Below are positions 51,593-64,000 of a DNA stretch of 64,000 bases, in pieces; the stretch's first letter is position 1, and every line of letters starts with the position of its first letter. Made by a program: the position numbers and the translations under genes. Under the pieces are notes generated by a model. That model had not been told where the DNA came from. It did no database searches and saw nothing but the letters and a program-made list of their open reading frames with translations. This DNA is from Octopus sinensis (taxonomy: Eukaryota), in NCBI RefSeq assembly GCF_006345805.1, contig NC_042997.1, positions 66,278,001 through 66,342,000 of the forward strand, read 5' to 3'.

Positions 51593-52000
51593 GGTAGCCA
51601 TGCACCTCCTCTGCAGCAAGACACCTGTTTCTGTCTCTCTATCACATTCTCATCTTTCATCATCTGGCAAGAGATCGCCTCCTCCAATATCCCCTCCCCT
51701 CTCGAAGGATCTTTATCTTGCAAGTTACTTGATGGCCCTGCCAGTGCTGGTGCCACCTAAAAAGTCCACACTGTAAAGTTGGTTGGCATTCGGAAGGGCA
51801 TCCAGCTGTAAAAACCATGCCATCTTCTGCCTGGCCAGATCCTGTCAAACCATGGAAAGCTAATGTTAAATAATAATGATGATGATATATATACATACAT
51901 AGTTAATCCAAAACAAAAACAACAAAGAAAAAAAACAACAATGTGAGGACATGGCACATGCAAAGTATTAAAAGTCACTCAGGGAAGGAAAGAAAGGGTG

Positions 52001-52034
52001 TTTTACATTTCGAGCAAAGCTCTTCTTCAGGAAC
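52001..52034 (-). ncRNA. Ultra-minimal hammerhead-like motif, slightly decayed
   Basis: gttc-CTGAAGA(52030-52024)-A-GAGC-TTT-GCTC-GAAA(52011-52008)-TGTA-aaac. GAAATGTA is consistent with CpG decay of GAAACGTA (ACGT palindrome). Helix I is imperfect. Confidence 0.55.
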
Positions 52035-52148
52035 AGGAGACAGAGAAAAGTTCAAGAGAAGAGGAAGACAGAGGAAAAAAATTGCCAACAATCCACATGT
52101 AATTACAAGACACCCACATGTATGTATGTGTATATATGTACATATTTA

Positions 52149-52198
<50 letters not shown>

Positions 52199-53331
52199 AT
52201 GTATATTCATGCATGTTTGTGAGGGCTCATGTTTTAGTAGTTAGGATATGTATGTATGCATGTATGTGTGTATGTATGTGTATATGTATGTATAAGAAGC
52301 TAATTTTATATTCAAACAATGTAGGTTTAGGTATTTCTATGTAATAAGAAGTTTACATCCCAATCACATGGTTCTAGGTTCAGTCCCACTGCAGTAAGTG
52401 TGTTCTATTATAGCCTTGGGCCAACCAAAACCTTGTGAGCTAATGTTCAGTAAGTGGAATATTGGATGTGGATGTTTAGAGGATATCAAGTTTTACAAAA
52501 TATTACTTGTATAAAGACACTGCTCTAAGTTCTTCATTGTATAAGCTCTAAGTTATTATGTGCAAAGACTAAGTAAACACTCTCATATATGTGGCTAATA
52601 TAGCAGAAAAAAAATAGTAGTAGTAGTAGATATATCTTCTACATCTATCCTCCTACACTTTCTCTTCATCATCTTAGCCACACACACCACCACCACCACC
52701 TCACCTCATCTGCCAGATTGAAAAATTAACTCAAGGGAAACATTTGATAAAGGCTGTGCTGTTGTTTTATCTTGTTCATTACTGTCGCTTCTGAAATAGG
52801 TATTGATTTCTTTAAGCGTATGAAGAGAATGGCTAGGTTCATTATAGTCAGACAGGCTGCAGGACCATTAAGTCAGTGCCACTGACTTAGAACTGTGGCT
52901 GCATAGCAGAAGAAGACCAAATTATGTTTAGTCAATATTGTGTAGTCTTACAATAAAGTCATTCTTTTTCGTGGAATTGCAACAAACTATAAATGGTTCA
53001 CTCTATGTGTGCTCATGCACAATACACACATGCACATACATATGCAAATATATATATAGTTAAATAAATATATATGAATATAAATATATGTGCATACATA
53101 CACACATGTGCACAACTATTTTCATAATTAAATTTCTTCATAATTGTGCATATTTTTGGTTTGTGCAAATGTGTGTGCATGTACATGTGTGTGTGTGTGT
53201 GTGTACATACATGCATACATAAATATTTACATATATATAAATAGATATACACTCATGTACAGATGCACTCACATTCATATGTGTATATGTTCAGTTCTCT
53301 CTCTCTCACTCTGTCTCTCTCTTTCACTATA

Positions 53332-53433
<102 letters not shown>

Positions 53434-54162
53434 TATATGTTCACAGAAGAAGGTGTATGGTGTTACATTAAATAACAGACAATAACTTTGAAGTGTTGAG
53501 AAGTAAGGTTTTTCAAATTGCAGTGAAAATATAATCGTTTCATATAGAGAGACATTAGAGATATTGAAGACTGAAGAGGTCAGTATTAAAGGTTAAATGG
53601 AATTTGATTTTAAGTATAGATAATTTAGAATGGGTTGGCCATTGTGTAATCATCCCTTATATAATTATACCTCTTATCTCCTCTCATAGCCCCTATCCAC
53701 TCTGGCCAAACCAAATAGTTCTTCATTACTTTTTCATGAGTAATTCCACTCCATTCATTATGGAGACCTCTTGAACCATAAAAATTGTCCTTAGCCTTTG
53801 GGTGTGCATATGTGTATGTATCTGTGTGTGTGTGTGTATTTGTATTTGTGATTGTTTAATGTCCATTTGTCCTTGCTTGTACAAGTTAGATGGAATTTGT
53901 TAAAGTAGATTTTCTATGGCCAGACAGCCTTCCCATCACCAACCCCGTCCGTTTCCAAGCAAGACAACATTTTCCCATATTTTTCCACAGAAGTCTGGAA
54001 ACAAAGTGCATCACTTGTATCATGGTGATGCTCAGTTACAACCATTACATGATGTCAAGACAAGGATAAACATACACACATACACACACAGACATATATA
54101 TGTATCTGTCTATCTTGCTGTCTGTTTCCTCTCTCACTCTCTCTCACTCTCCTTCCCCATCA

Positions 54163-54227
<65 letters not shown>

Positions 54228-55547
54228 ACTCGTTTCTGTCATTAGACTGTAGCCATGCTGGGGCACTGCCCTGAAGAATTTAAGTTGAACTTATCAACCC
54301 CAATACTCATTTTTTGTAAAGCCTGGTACTTATTCTATTGGTCTCTTTTGTCAAACCACTTAGCTACAGGGACATAAACACACCAACATTGGTTGTCAAG
54401 TGGTGGTGGGGAGTACAAAGCCCCACCATAAAGACACATGCACACAGATATACATATGCATATATATGACAGGGTCTATTTCAGTTTCCATCTATCAAAT
54501 CTGCTCACAAGACTTTGGTTAGTCCCAGGCTATAGAAGAAGACACTTGCCCTAGGTGCCATGCAATGGGACTGAAACCAGAGCTATGCAGTTAGGAAGTA
54601 AGCTTCTTACCACACAGCCACACATAATTTTTTTTTCTGCAGTTCAAAAACTTTGTCTTAATGATACTTTGATGTTGACGTTGATTCATAGAGTGAGTTC
54701 TTTAGTCAGCCAATGTCTTTCATTTTTATAATAAAATATATATTTTATATTGAAATATATATTGAAATAAAATATCTATATCATTATGTAAATACATTTA
54801 CTAATGTCTTTGTCAGTCTGGGTGGGCCAGTATTTCCATCTCAAAAGTTCCTCTCCAAGACACAGACCTAAGCAAAGTTTTATCGCAGAGCAACAGTTGT
54901 TTATGCAACAAATCTGCAATATCTTCATCTAACCTATGCACGCATGGAAAAGTAGATGTTAGAACAATGATGATGGTGTGTGTGTCTGTGTGTCTCCTTG
55001 TCTTGACATCTTGACATTGCTAGAGTGTTGTAAATGGATGTCATTTATTTCCAGTGTTCTGTGAAAATATGTCTGGCCATGGGGAAGTATTACCCTCTAT
55101 GGAAACATGTAAGGAGTGGTGACAGGAAAGGCATCCAGCTCTAGGAAATCTTCCTCACTAAAGTCCATCTCACTCATATAAATACCAAAAAGTGGACATT
55201 AAAAGGACAATAGGAAGAGAAGGAGGATATATGCATGGATGGATGGACACACAAACAAACAAGCACTCACATATTAAGGCAGAGTAAATGAGAACATACA
55301 TATTCTGTGTTAGAACAACTTACTTGTATTCAATTAAGTGTCACTAACTCATAAAGGTCATTAGGAAAACATCATCATCAATACATGGGAAATCGATAGT
55401 TTTCGAAAAGAAGTTAAAAACACAAGACTAGTTTGTGTCACCTGTTTTATTCTAATTCTTGAAATTTTGCTCAATCAGCCAAACTTCTGACTTCAAAAGA
55501 TATAATTAATATGTATGTATGTATATATATATACACATATATATATA

Positions 55548-56407
55548 CAAGGTGCAATGAATAATCTGTCGTCTAAATTACACAAAAATGAAACTAACAC
55601 TGACATCTCATTTTAACAGATATATTTACCAATATTACATAAAAATATCTTCAAATACTAAAGAGTAAATTTATTCAATAAAATCACCATTGGCTTCAAC
55701 CATGGGCTCCAGACAACTTCGGAATCTCCTACAGCTCTTCTGGATGGTCTCCTTGTTTAAGTTGGTGATTGTTGCCATAATCCTTGCCTTCAGTTCATCT
55801 TTGGTGTTACAAGGAATTTTGTTGGTTTCTCACTCAACATAATAATCAAGGGGGTTGCAGTCTGAGAAGTTAGTGGCCAGATGTTAGGGGTGATGTACTT
55901 TGCAGAAATTGTCTGACAGCCATGACCAGGTTCTCCTGCTTGTGTGGCATGGTGCAGAGTCTTGTTGCCGGACATAGATCTTCCAGCAGCCACCCTCTTG
56001 ACCCAGGGCAGCACTACCTCCTCCAGGCACTTGATGTAGGCCTCCATGTTGAGTCTGAGGCTGTGTAGGAAGATGAATGGAGGCATAACATCATCATCAC
56101 TAGTGATCATTCCAAACACCATGAAGTTGACTGGATGTTTGATTTTTATCACTCTCAGTACATGTCCTCATATTGACACCCGAACAGTCTGAAATGTTCA
56201 TATTTGAGCTTTCAGTGCAAATGCCAAGAAGTACAGCGTGTTGTTTCCAAATTTCTGGCAGAGTGAATTACGTCATGGTACTGTTTTTCTCACAGATGGT
56301 GCCCAATTGACCCTAATATACTGTGTAGTCAACAAAATCAAAAACAAAGAATGTGCATGTGCAAAATTAAAAATATAAAATAGTGTTGCTTTTCCCATTG
56401 CACCCTG
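55548..56407 (-). mobile_element. maT (DD37D) non-autonomous copy with both TIRs and an internal deletion of about 410 bp
   Basis: TIRs caaggtgcaatg and cattgcaccctg. KHPVNFMVFGMITSDDDVMPPFIF...YIKCLEEVVLPWVKRVAAGR..QQDSAPCH...CNPLDYY...MVEANGDFIE*. Junction tacatgt|cctcatattg corresponds to loss of 22693-23103 of the longer copy. Confidence 0.9.
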
Positions 56408-56991
56408 TGTGTGTACATATATATATCATCATTATCATCACTTAACATCTATTTTCCATGCTAGTATAGGTTGGATGGTTTGACTGAAAACTGGTAAGCC
56501 GGGGAGCTGCACCAGGTTCTAATCTAATTTGACATGGTTTCTGCAGCTGGATGCCCTTCCTAAAACCAGCCACTCCAAGAGCGTAGCAGGTGCTTTTTAT
56601 ATGCCACTGGTGCTAATGATGGACCACCGGCATCAGCTATGACTGCGATCTCACTTGGCTTACCAGGTCTTCTCAAGCAAAGTATATTGCTAAAGGTCTC
56701 AGTCTCTTGTCAATATATACATATATATATATAAGTTTAACAATTAAGGATAATCTCTTAATAAGGGATCTTAACAAGAAATTATCGGGTAGCTAGCGTG
56801 AAAACCTCATAAAAGAAAGAATCCGAAAATAATTTTTTTCTTTTGAACAAATTAATTATATCTATATTGTATAGAGGGCATTATTACACATAAATGCCTC
56901 ACACTAGGAGGGACAAAGTCATTACTACCAAAAATTATACTAATCATACCCAAATGCAGTTTTTCAAGCAAGACATTTAAAAATGAATTAT

Positions 56992-57047
56992 GTTCTGTAT
57001 CACCGTGATTTCACATACAACTTGCGTCTAATGATCGTCAGCAGAAC
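56992..57047 (-). ncRNA. Type I hammerhead ribozyme, identical mirror copy in the left arm
   Basis: Exact reverse complement of 57082-57137. Confidence 0.85.
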
Positions 57048-57081
57048 TGATTCTGAATACATCATGATGTATTCAGAATCA

Positions 57082-57137
57082 GTTCTGCTGACGATCATTA
57101 GACGCAAGTTGTATGTGAAATCACGGTGATACAGAAC
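57082..57137 (+). ncRNA. Type I hammerhead ribozyme, intact core, right arm of the palindrome
   Basis: GTTCTG-CTGACGA(57088-57094)-T-CAT-ta-GAC-GCAA-GTT-gt-ATG-T-GAAA(57117-57120)-TCAC-G-GTGA-TA-CAGAAC. Helix I is 6 bp; GNRA-capped helix II; near-palindromic helix III; cut after AUA at 57131. Confidence 0.85.
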
Positions 57138-58705
57138 ATAATTCATTTTTAAATGTCTTGCTTTGAAAAACTGCATTTGGGTATGATTAGTATAATTTTT
57201 GGTAGTAATGACTTTGTCCCTCCTAGTGTGAGGCATTTATGTGTAATAATGCCCTCTATACATATATATATATATATATATATATAGGCACAGGTGTGGA
57301 TATGTGGTAAGAAGCTTGCTTCCCAACAACGTGATTCCAGGTTCAGTTCTACTGTGTGGCTTCTTGAGAAAGTATCTTCTACCTTAGCCTCAGGCTGACC
57401 AAAGCCTTCTGAGTGGATTTCATAGATGGATATTGAAAGAAGCCCATCAGATATGTGTGTGTGTTTGTCCCCTACCACTGCTTAACAACTGGTGTTGATG
57501 TGTTTCCACCCCTGTAACTTATTGGTTTGTCAAAAGAGACCATTAGAATAAGTCCTAGGCTTTAGAAAAAATATCCTGACGTTGATTTGTTTGTGCTCCA
57601 GCATGGCCACAATCAAATGACTGAAACAAGTAAACAATAAAAGATATATATATATATATTACATATGTATATATTTGAATGTATGTGCATATGTACATGC
57701 AGAAATACATTTGTATGTAAGTGTATACATAGACACATACATCCATAGGCACATATATTTGACCTTCAAATCTTTTTCCACAGTGAATTTAAATCTATAA
57801 CCTACACTGTTTCTATGATTAGTATTTATTTTCACTCGGGAATTAATTAAGTGAATTTCTAAAGTAATACTTGGAATTATAGATGATAAAATAACACCGC
57901 AACCATTAATAATGATTGAATGCCACAAAATATGGTTAGAATTAACATAAAAGTTTGATATTCTTTTCTCTATTCTTCTGAATGTTTTGTCCATAATTGT
58001 TAGAGAGTGTATTACAGTATTATTCACTGATAATCTTTTGTCTGTACAGATATTGTAATCAACAAAGGCACAGGCATGGCTGTGTGGCAAGAAGCTTGCT
58101 TCCCAACCACATGGTTCCAGGTTCAGTCCCACTGCATGGCACCTTGTGCAAGTGTCTTCTATTATTGCTTGGGATGACCAAAGCCTTGTGAGTGGATTTA
58201 GTGGGCAAAAATTGAAAGAAGCCTGTCATATATATATGTGTGCGTGCTTGTGTTTGTCCCCCACTACCACTTGAATACCGGTGTTTGTGTGTTTACATCC
58301 CTGTGAGTTAGGAGTTTGGTAAACAGAGACCAGTAAAATAAGTATCAGGCTTTGAAAAAAAAAACATATAAATACTGGGGTTGATTCATTTGACTGCAAA
58401 TTCTTCCAGGTGGTGCCTTAGCATGGCTGCAGTCTAATGACTGAAACAAGTATATGATAAAAAGGTAAAACAATATTGAACTGCAATCACCAATCTTCTT
58501 GTTGTTATTATTGTTGTTTACCCTGAGATTAACCTTGGTTGAATAGATATGATGGATCAAATGCATTACAACTATTGAGTATCTTGTCATTTAAAAAAAA
58601 AAATTCTGGCATTTTGTATCTAATACTATTGCTTTCATAAGCATTTAGGTTTGAGTTAAAGAAATTCCTGCTCTTATTTCTAGCAAATTGAGTGACAATA
58701 TATAT

Positions 58706-59033
58706 CAGAGGTTCTTAACTGGGGTCCATATGGCCCCTGAGGGTCCTTATTGAATTTTTGGGGTTCCATGAAACAAAATAGTAAATTGGGGATCCACAAT
58801 AGTATTTTAAAGGCCCCTGAAAAAATTTTTCTTTAGATGTATGTATTGGTATATATTGCAAGAAACATCTAGATTTCTTCAACCTACACAAGTTAATGTA
58901 TTAAAAACAAAATAGGAATTTTGAAAGAAATTTCTATAAAACCAGTTTTTAGACATCAAATGGCTATGGGGATCCACCAGAAAAAAATAGTAATCAAGGA
59001 GGTTCATAGATAAAAAATGGCTGAGAACCCCTG
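58706..59033. mobile_element. hAT-type MITE with TIRs and an 8-bp target duplication
   Basis: cagaggttcttaac ... gctgagaacccctg; flanks atatatat and atatagat. Confidence 0.8.
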
Positions 59034-59194
59034 ATATAGATCCTCTCTTAATGGTTTGACAATGTCAGTTTTTGGTGTTGTGTTTGTGGATAAATTAGCA
59101 TTAATACTGCTTGTCAGAGTACATCCATCTGACAATCAGGTACCATTATGAACAAATGTATCAGTATAAAGTTACACAACTTGCTAAAAGAAGC

Positions 59195-59232
<38 letters not shown>

Positions 59233-59269
59233 CAGTTGTCTTAAAAAAAATTTTCATAGGACACCCACA

Positions 59270-59715
59270 ATGAAGTATTGACCTCAGATGTGGGATGGTG
59301 CTGCTACTGCACACTCTGATATTCTTGGCTACATGCAGAAATGTGCCACCTGATTGTTTGGCACTAAGCCACTAACAGACATGCTCCAGCCCTTGGCCCA
59401 CAAGTGTGCAGTATCCTGACTCTGCCTTTTTTACTACTACCACACTACCATAATGGCCTCTTCTTTTTAGAGCTGGCTAGGCTCGTACCACCTCCATTCA
59501 AGCACTCCCAAGCAAGTTGGCTCTCTTCCTCTGGTCCCCCTCATTGTGTTCCATTTTCCAGGATCCATTCTGGTCACTGTACCCAGTCCTTTCTTCCTAG
59601 AACAAGGATAGGCCCTTTGGAATTCCTTCCCTGTTCATATTTTTGCAGCAAGTATTGACTTACAAAAATTCAAGAGGAATATTAATGGTACCAAACTCAC
59701 TGGTCTATGAGGACA
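59270..59715 (+). mobile_element. CR1/L2-group LINE ORF2 C-terminal relic
   Basis: WDGAATAHSDILGYMQKCAT*L...LTDMLQPLAHKCAVS*LCLFY...HNGL..LELARLVPPP...TQSF.PRT, matching W.G......LD.VQ.RA.RLI...LQPL.HRR.V..L.LFY.YY.G.CS.EL. Clade assignment is tentative. Confidence 0.7.
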
Positions 59716-62700
59716 TGTGAAGACCATGGTCACCACATCTTCCTCCTGACCTAGTAAGTTTTAAAAAAAAAAGGTAACATTAAACCAGCAATTCAAAGCC
59801 TGAGTCCATATGACCCTAGGGATGCATATAAGATGTCTTTTTTTTAAATTAATGTTCAATAAATTGCTTATACTTCTTCAAACATCAAATATCTTAATTT
59901 TTTTATGCAATTCCAAATATTTAATTCTAAAAATATAATAGAATTTTTTTTAAACATCCAATGGGTACATGGGTCGACTTGAGTAAAATAGGAATCAAAG
60001 AGGTTCATAGACAAAAAATGACTGAGACCACTGCATTAAACAATATAGTCTTAGATCTACAAAATGATGAGATGGTCATGGTCGGAATGCTTTTCATTAT
60101 AAGTCTAGTCAAGGCTAATCTGGAGGCTAAACAACAACAAATTCCATTTCTTAAAAAATCAAATTTCTTCAATAGTTTGCATAAGTACAAATCAGTAAAA
60201 AGAAAAATTGAAATAGGAAAAAGCTGAGAAGAAGGGATAAGAAATTGTTGAAAGAGAAACAGTTCTTATCACATAGTTTTGTTACAGGATCGATAAATAG
60301 TTGCAAATCTAAAATAAATCTTTGTCTAAATGGTTATTTGAAATGGAGCCATCACAAGCAGATTTTTGTAACAAAATTCATTACACATTACACTTTACAG
60401 TTCAATATTCGTAGATTTGCTTCACTAGCAAAATTTTCATGAGTAGTATTTTTAACTCCTGGAGGAACACTGAAGAATACTAAAACTGACCCCAGTTGCT
60501 AGATATGGCAGCTAAATCTACTTCAAATCAATTCCTACAAATATACTAAATAAAATATGCCTGATAATAAGATAGGATGGCCACAGCTTGAATGCTTTTG
60601 ACCAAAAGCCTTCACAATCTAAGCTACCGATATTGGAGCTCAGCAACAACATTACTGAAGGAAAATGAAGTAGAAACTGCAAGCCATTTGTTATTAATGT
60701 TATTATGGCAAAATCCATATATGGACCCAAATTATATTCATACATCCATCACAAATAGCTGTAGCTTCTTTTTTAATCTTTTTTTTTTCATCCTTTCCTT
60801 CAAACATGCATCAAAATCAATGAGAGTGACCATCATCATTATTATTGTAGTAGGATGAGGAGGAGAGCTGGTAGAATCATTAGCACACCAGACAAAATGC
60901 TTAGCAACATTTTGTCTGGTTTTACATTCTGAGTTCAAATGCTGCCAAGGTTGACTTTGCCTTTCATCTTTTCAGGGTCAATGAAATAAGTATCAGTCTA
61001 GCACTGGGATCAGTGATTTCAACTTACCCACTTCCCCTAAGATTGCTGGAGTTGTGCCAAAATTTGAAACCACTATTATTATTAATATTATTTTTATGTT
61101 TTACTATCACACATGGCCTAGTGGTTAGGACGTTGCACCCACGATTGCGAAATTGTGATTTCAATTCCAAGACCTGGTGGTGCATTGAGTTTTTGAGCAA
61201 AACATCATCTCACATTGCTTTGTGATCACTTTGACACCACCCGACATGTGGCACACCATGCATATGTACAGGCAATGTCAGTTTGATGGAGGAAGTGAGC
61301 TAACGTACAACATACATTTGATCTCTATAAACAAATCACTTGTACAGGTCGTTTGGCAAAAGCTGAATATTCATACATTGTCTTTGACTGGAGAGTCCAT
61401 CATTATTACTTTAAATGTGTGGTGGTTGAATCATTCAAGCTTCACAATAAATGCCCTATGGTATTTAGTTAAGTTGCTTTTCAGTTTGAGTTCACATCCC
61501 ATCAAGGGGAAACTCATGATATTTATTATCAAACATGTCACCAGAGGTTGTTGGTTAACTTGGTGGTGCAGAAAGGAAATGTTTGGTTAGCATCAGTACT
61601 AAAGGGTTATGTAAAGGTATTAACTTATGTACATATTATGTAAAGGTATTAACCTATGTACATACTATAACAGTATTAACCTATGTACATATTAAGCAAC
61701 ATCATCATCATCATGGTCATCATCATCATAACCATCTTTATAATTCTTTTCTCTACTGCAATATTGTTGTTTAACTCCAAGCCAACTGTAATCAAGGAAA
61801 TCCATGATCAGTGGCATTTCAGCCATACCAGCCTAATTTTTCTCTTGCACTTAGTGTACCAAGGACTACATTATTCAATGTGTTTATCTCTTTTCATGTA
61901 TTTTAAGTTCAAATTCCATCAAGTTCAGCTTTATTTTTCAAACTTAAAACCAAAAAACAAAGCATTGGAGTGAATTCATTTGACTAAAAATTCTTCAGAG
62001 TGATGTCCCAGCATGGCTACAGTCTAATGGCTGAAACAAGTAAGAGAAAGGTAGTGGGCATAATGCCTTGCCATATTTGTTCCTGATCTTTGCTGTCTGA
62101 GTTCTTATCCTGTCATGGGTAGTAGATATACTCCATCACTCAGTTTGATACAGCCACTTGGTCCATGGCTTCCTTCAGTAGAATCCACTCTGTTGCAATT
62201 TTTATCCAGGCCTCTAGTGTAAGGATGCCTTCCTCCCATTACTCTTGGCAGTATATTAACCTGGCATTCCTTTGGTTACAAGGAGAGTTCTGGTTGATCC
62301 AATGAACAGAACAGCTTGTTCATGAAATTAACATGCAAGTGGCTGGTCACCCCACAGACATGCATACCCTTAACATAGTTTTGAGGGAGATTCAGCGTGA
62401 CACAATGTGACATTGCTAGCCCTTTGAAATACAGTTACAACTAACTTTTGCCAGCTGATTGGACTGGAGTAATGTTAAATGAAGTATCTTGCTCAAGAAC
62501 ACAATACACTGCCAGGAACCAAACTCATGACCTTGCAATCATGAGTCAAATACCCCAACCACTAAGCCATGGGCCTTCACTTGGTGCTACATAAAGTCAT
62601 GGCCGATGTCCTTCCATTTCGGACTAAGTAATTCTTCATTGTATTTCTTTATAATTAATGTTACAAAAATGAGTTTACAGTGACAAAATATTGCCGTGTC

Positions 62701-63855
62701 AGTTGTACATGAACCATCAACAAGTATGCTGTGACCCTCTCAGTTCACTCTTCTAAGAGAGACACTCTAATATAATACCAGTGCCACTCACATCTTTGAG
62801 TTATTTCTCTCTTATCCATCAGCTAAAAGTAAACTGAATTTAATAAGGGATGAATTCTGAAAATGGATTTGTCTCCAGTATTAAAATGCGAAACATAAAT
62901 CCTACTTGCTTTAATCCAACTTGGATAATCCATTTTTCATATGGATCAAGAATTCCTAAGTAGAAACATTTGCATCTATTCATGGATTAATTGAAAACTG
63001 TGTATTCAATGATTTATATTCACTCTCTTATATTCCCTTCATTCTTTCTTTCCTTCTTCATTCCTTTCAGTTTAATCAATTCTGAGATTTCTTCCATATT
63101 AAATATATGTTTAGAATATGTATATTGTCTAAATTTGATTTTCTCATTTGGAGAAAATCTGAAATGGAAAATTAGATCTAATTGGAAAAATTTTACAGCA
63201 GTATTTAGTTTAATAACACGGGCTGCAGAAAAAAAATCATAACTGCAGCTGTTTTAACTATTGCTGCTGATGATTATGGTGATGATGATGACAATGGCAG
63301 CAACAGTTTCTTACTTAGACATTTGGTGGCAAGGAACAGTCAATTATATCAGCCCCAGAAGGATGAAAAAGCAAAGTTGACTTCAGCTGGAATTGAACTC
63401 AGCATGCAAATAGCCAGAACAAATACAAGTCATTTTTGTTCAATGATTTAACAATTCTGCCAATCCATCACCCAATCAATAGCAATAACAATAGTGTTTC
63501 TAACTTTGGCACAGAGCCAGCAATTTTGAAGGAAAGGATTTAGTTAATACCATCAGCCCCCAACAGTATGAAAGGCAAACTTGACTTTAGCAACATTTGA
63601 ACTCAGAACATAGAGAGCTGAAAGAAATATCGAGTCATTTCATTTGATATTCTAGCAATTCTTTCAGTCTATCATTCTAGTCATAATCATCATCATCTCT
63701 TCATTTCATATCTGCCTTCCATGCTGGCATGAGTTGGAGGACAAACTGGGCAGCATCTAGCCAAAGAAAATCTGTCTGTTTCAGGGAATTTTATCTGACC
63801 CATGCTAACATGGAAATGTGGATGTCAAAATGATATGATAATTAAATACACACAC

Positions 63856-63912
<57 letters not shown>

Positions 63913-64000
63913 GTTGAAGTGACGTGCAGATATTGCATATTAAGGAAAAGGAGACAGAATTTTGGATAATTTTTAGCTCTTTCGTCCATTCAATTGAACT

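Larger units (their letters stand above)
56868..57262. repeat. Spacer-less 395-bp near-perfect palindrome; left arm continues unpaired to (TA)n at about 56732
   Basis: Dyad centre lies between 57064 and 57065 (catca|tgatg). The only difference I found is tcaagca versus tcaaagca (1-nt indel). Confidence 0.95.

Overview
AT-rich, microsatellite-dense eukaryotic DNA. The SINE, LINE and MITE families look like those of an octopod cephalopod (Octopus); this is my inference from pattern recognition, not a database result. I recognise no complete host protein-coding gene. Almost all ORFs in the supplied track are microsatellite read-through, antisense frames or transposon relics. The window is a patchwork of tRNA-derived SINEs, RTE LINE pieces, relics of Penelope-like (PLE), CRE-like, R4/Dong-like and CR1/L2-like retrotransposons, mariner (DD34D-type) and maT (DD37D) DNA transposons, and piggyBac-type and hAT-type MITEs. 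One CpG-retaining, largely repeat-free zone at about 13.7-16.8 kb carries strong splice donors on both strands and looks like a divergent promoter. It has a minus-strand first coding exon (MEEDDTK|GTAAGT) and a plus-strand series of apparently non-coding exons. The most striking signal is a set of at least six unrelated small elements carrying minimal type I hammerhead ribozyme (HHR) motifs with self-complementary helix III. Most sit in or beside (TA)n tracts, and three are fold-backs with HHR motifs on opposite strands. One of these is a spacer-less 395-bp near-perfect palindrome at 56868-57262. All alignments, translations and pairings were done by eye, and transposon relic boundaries are approximate.
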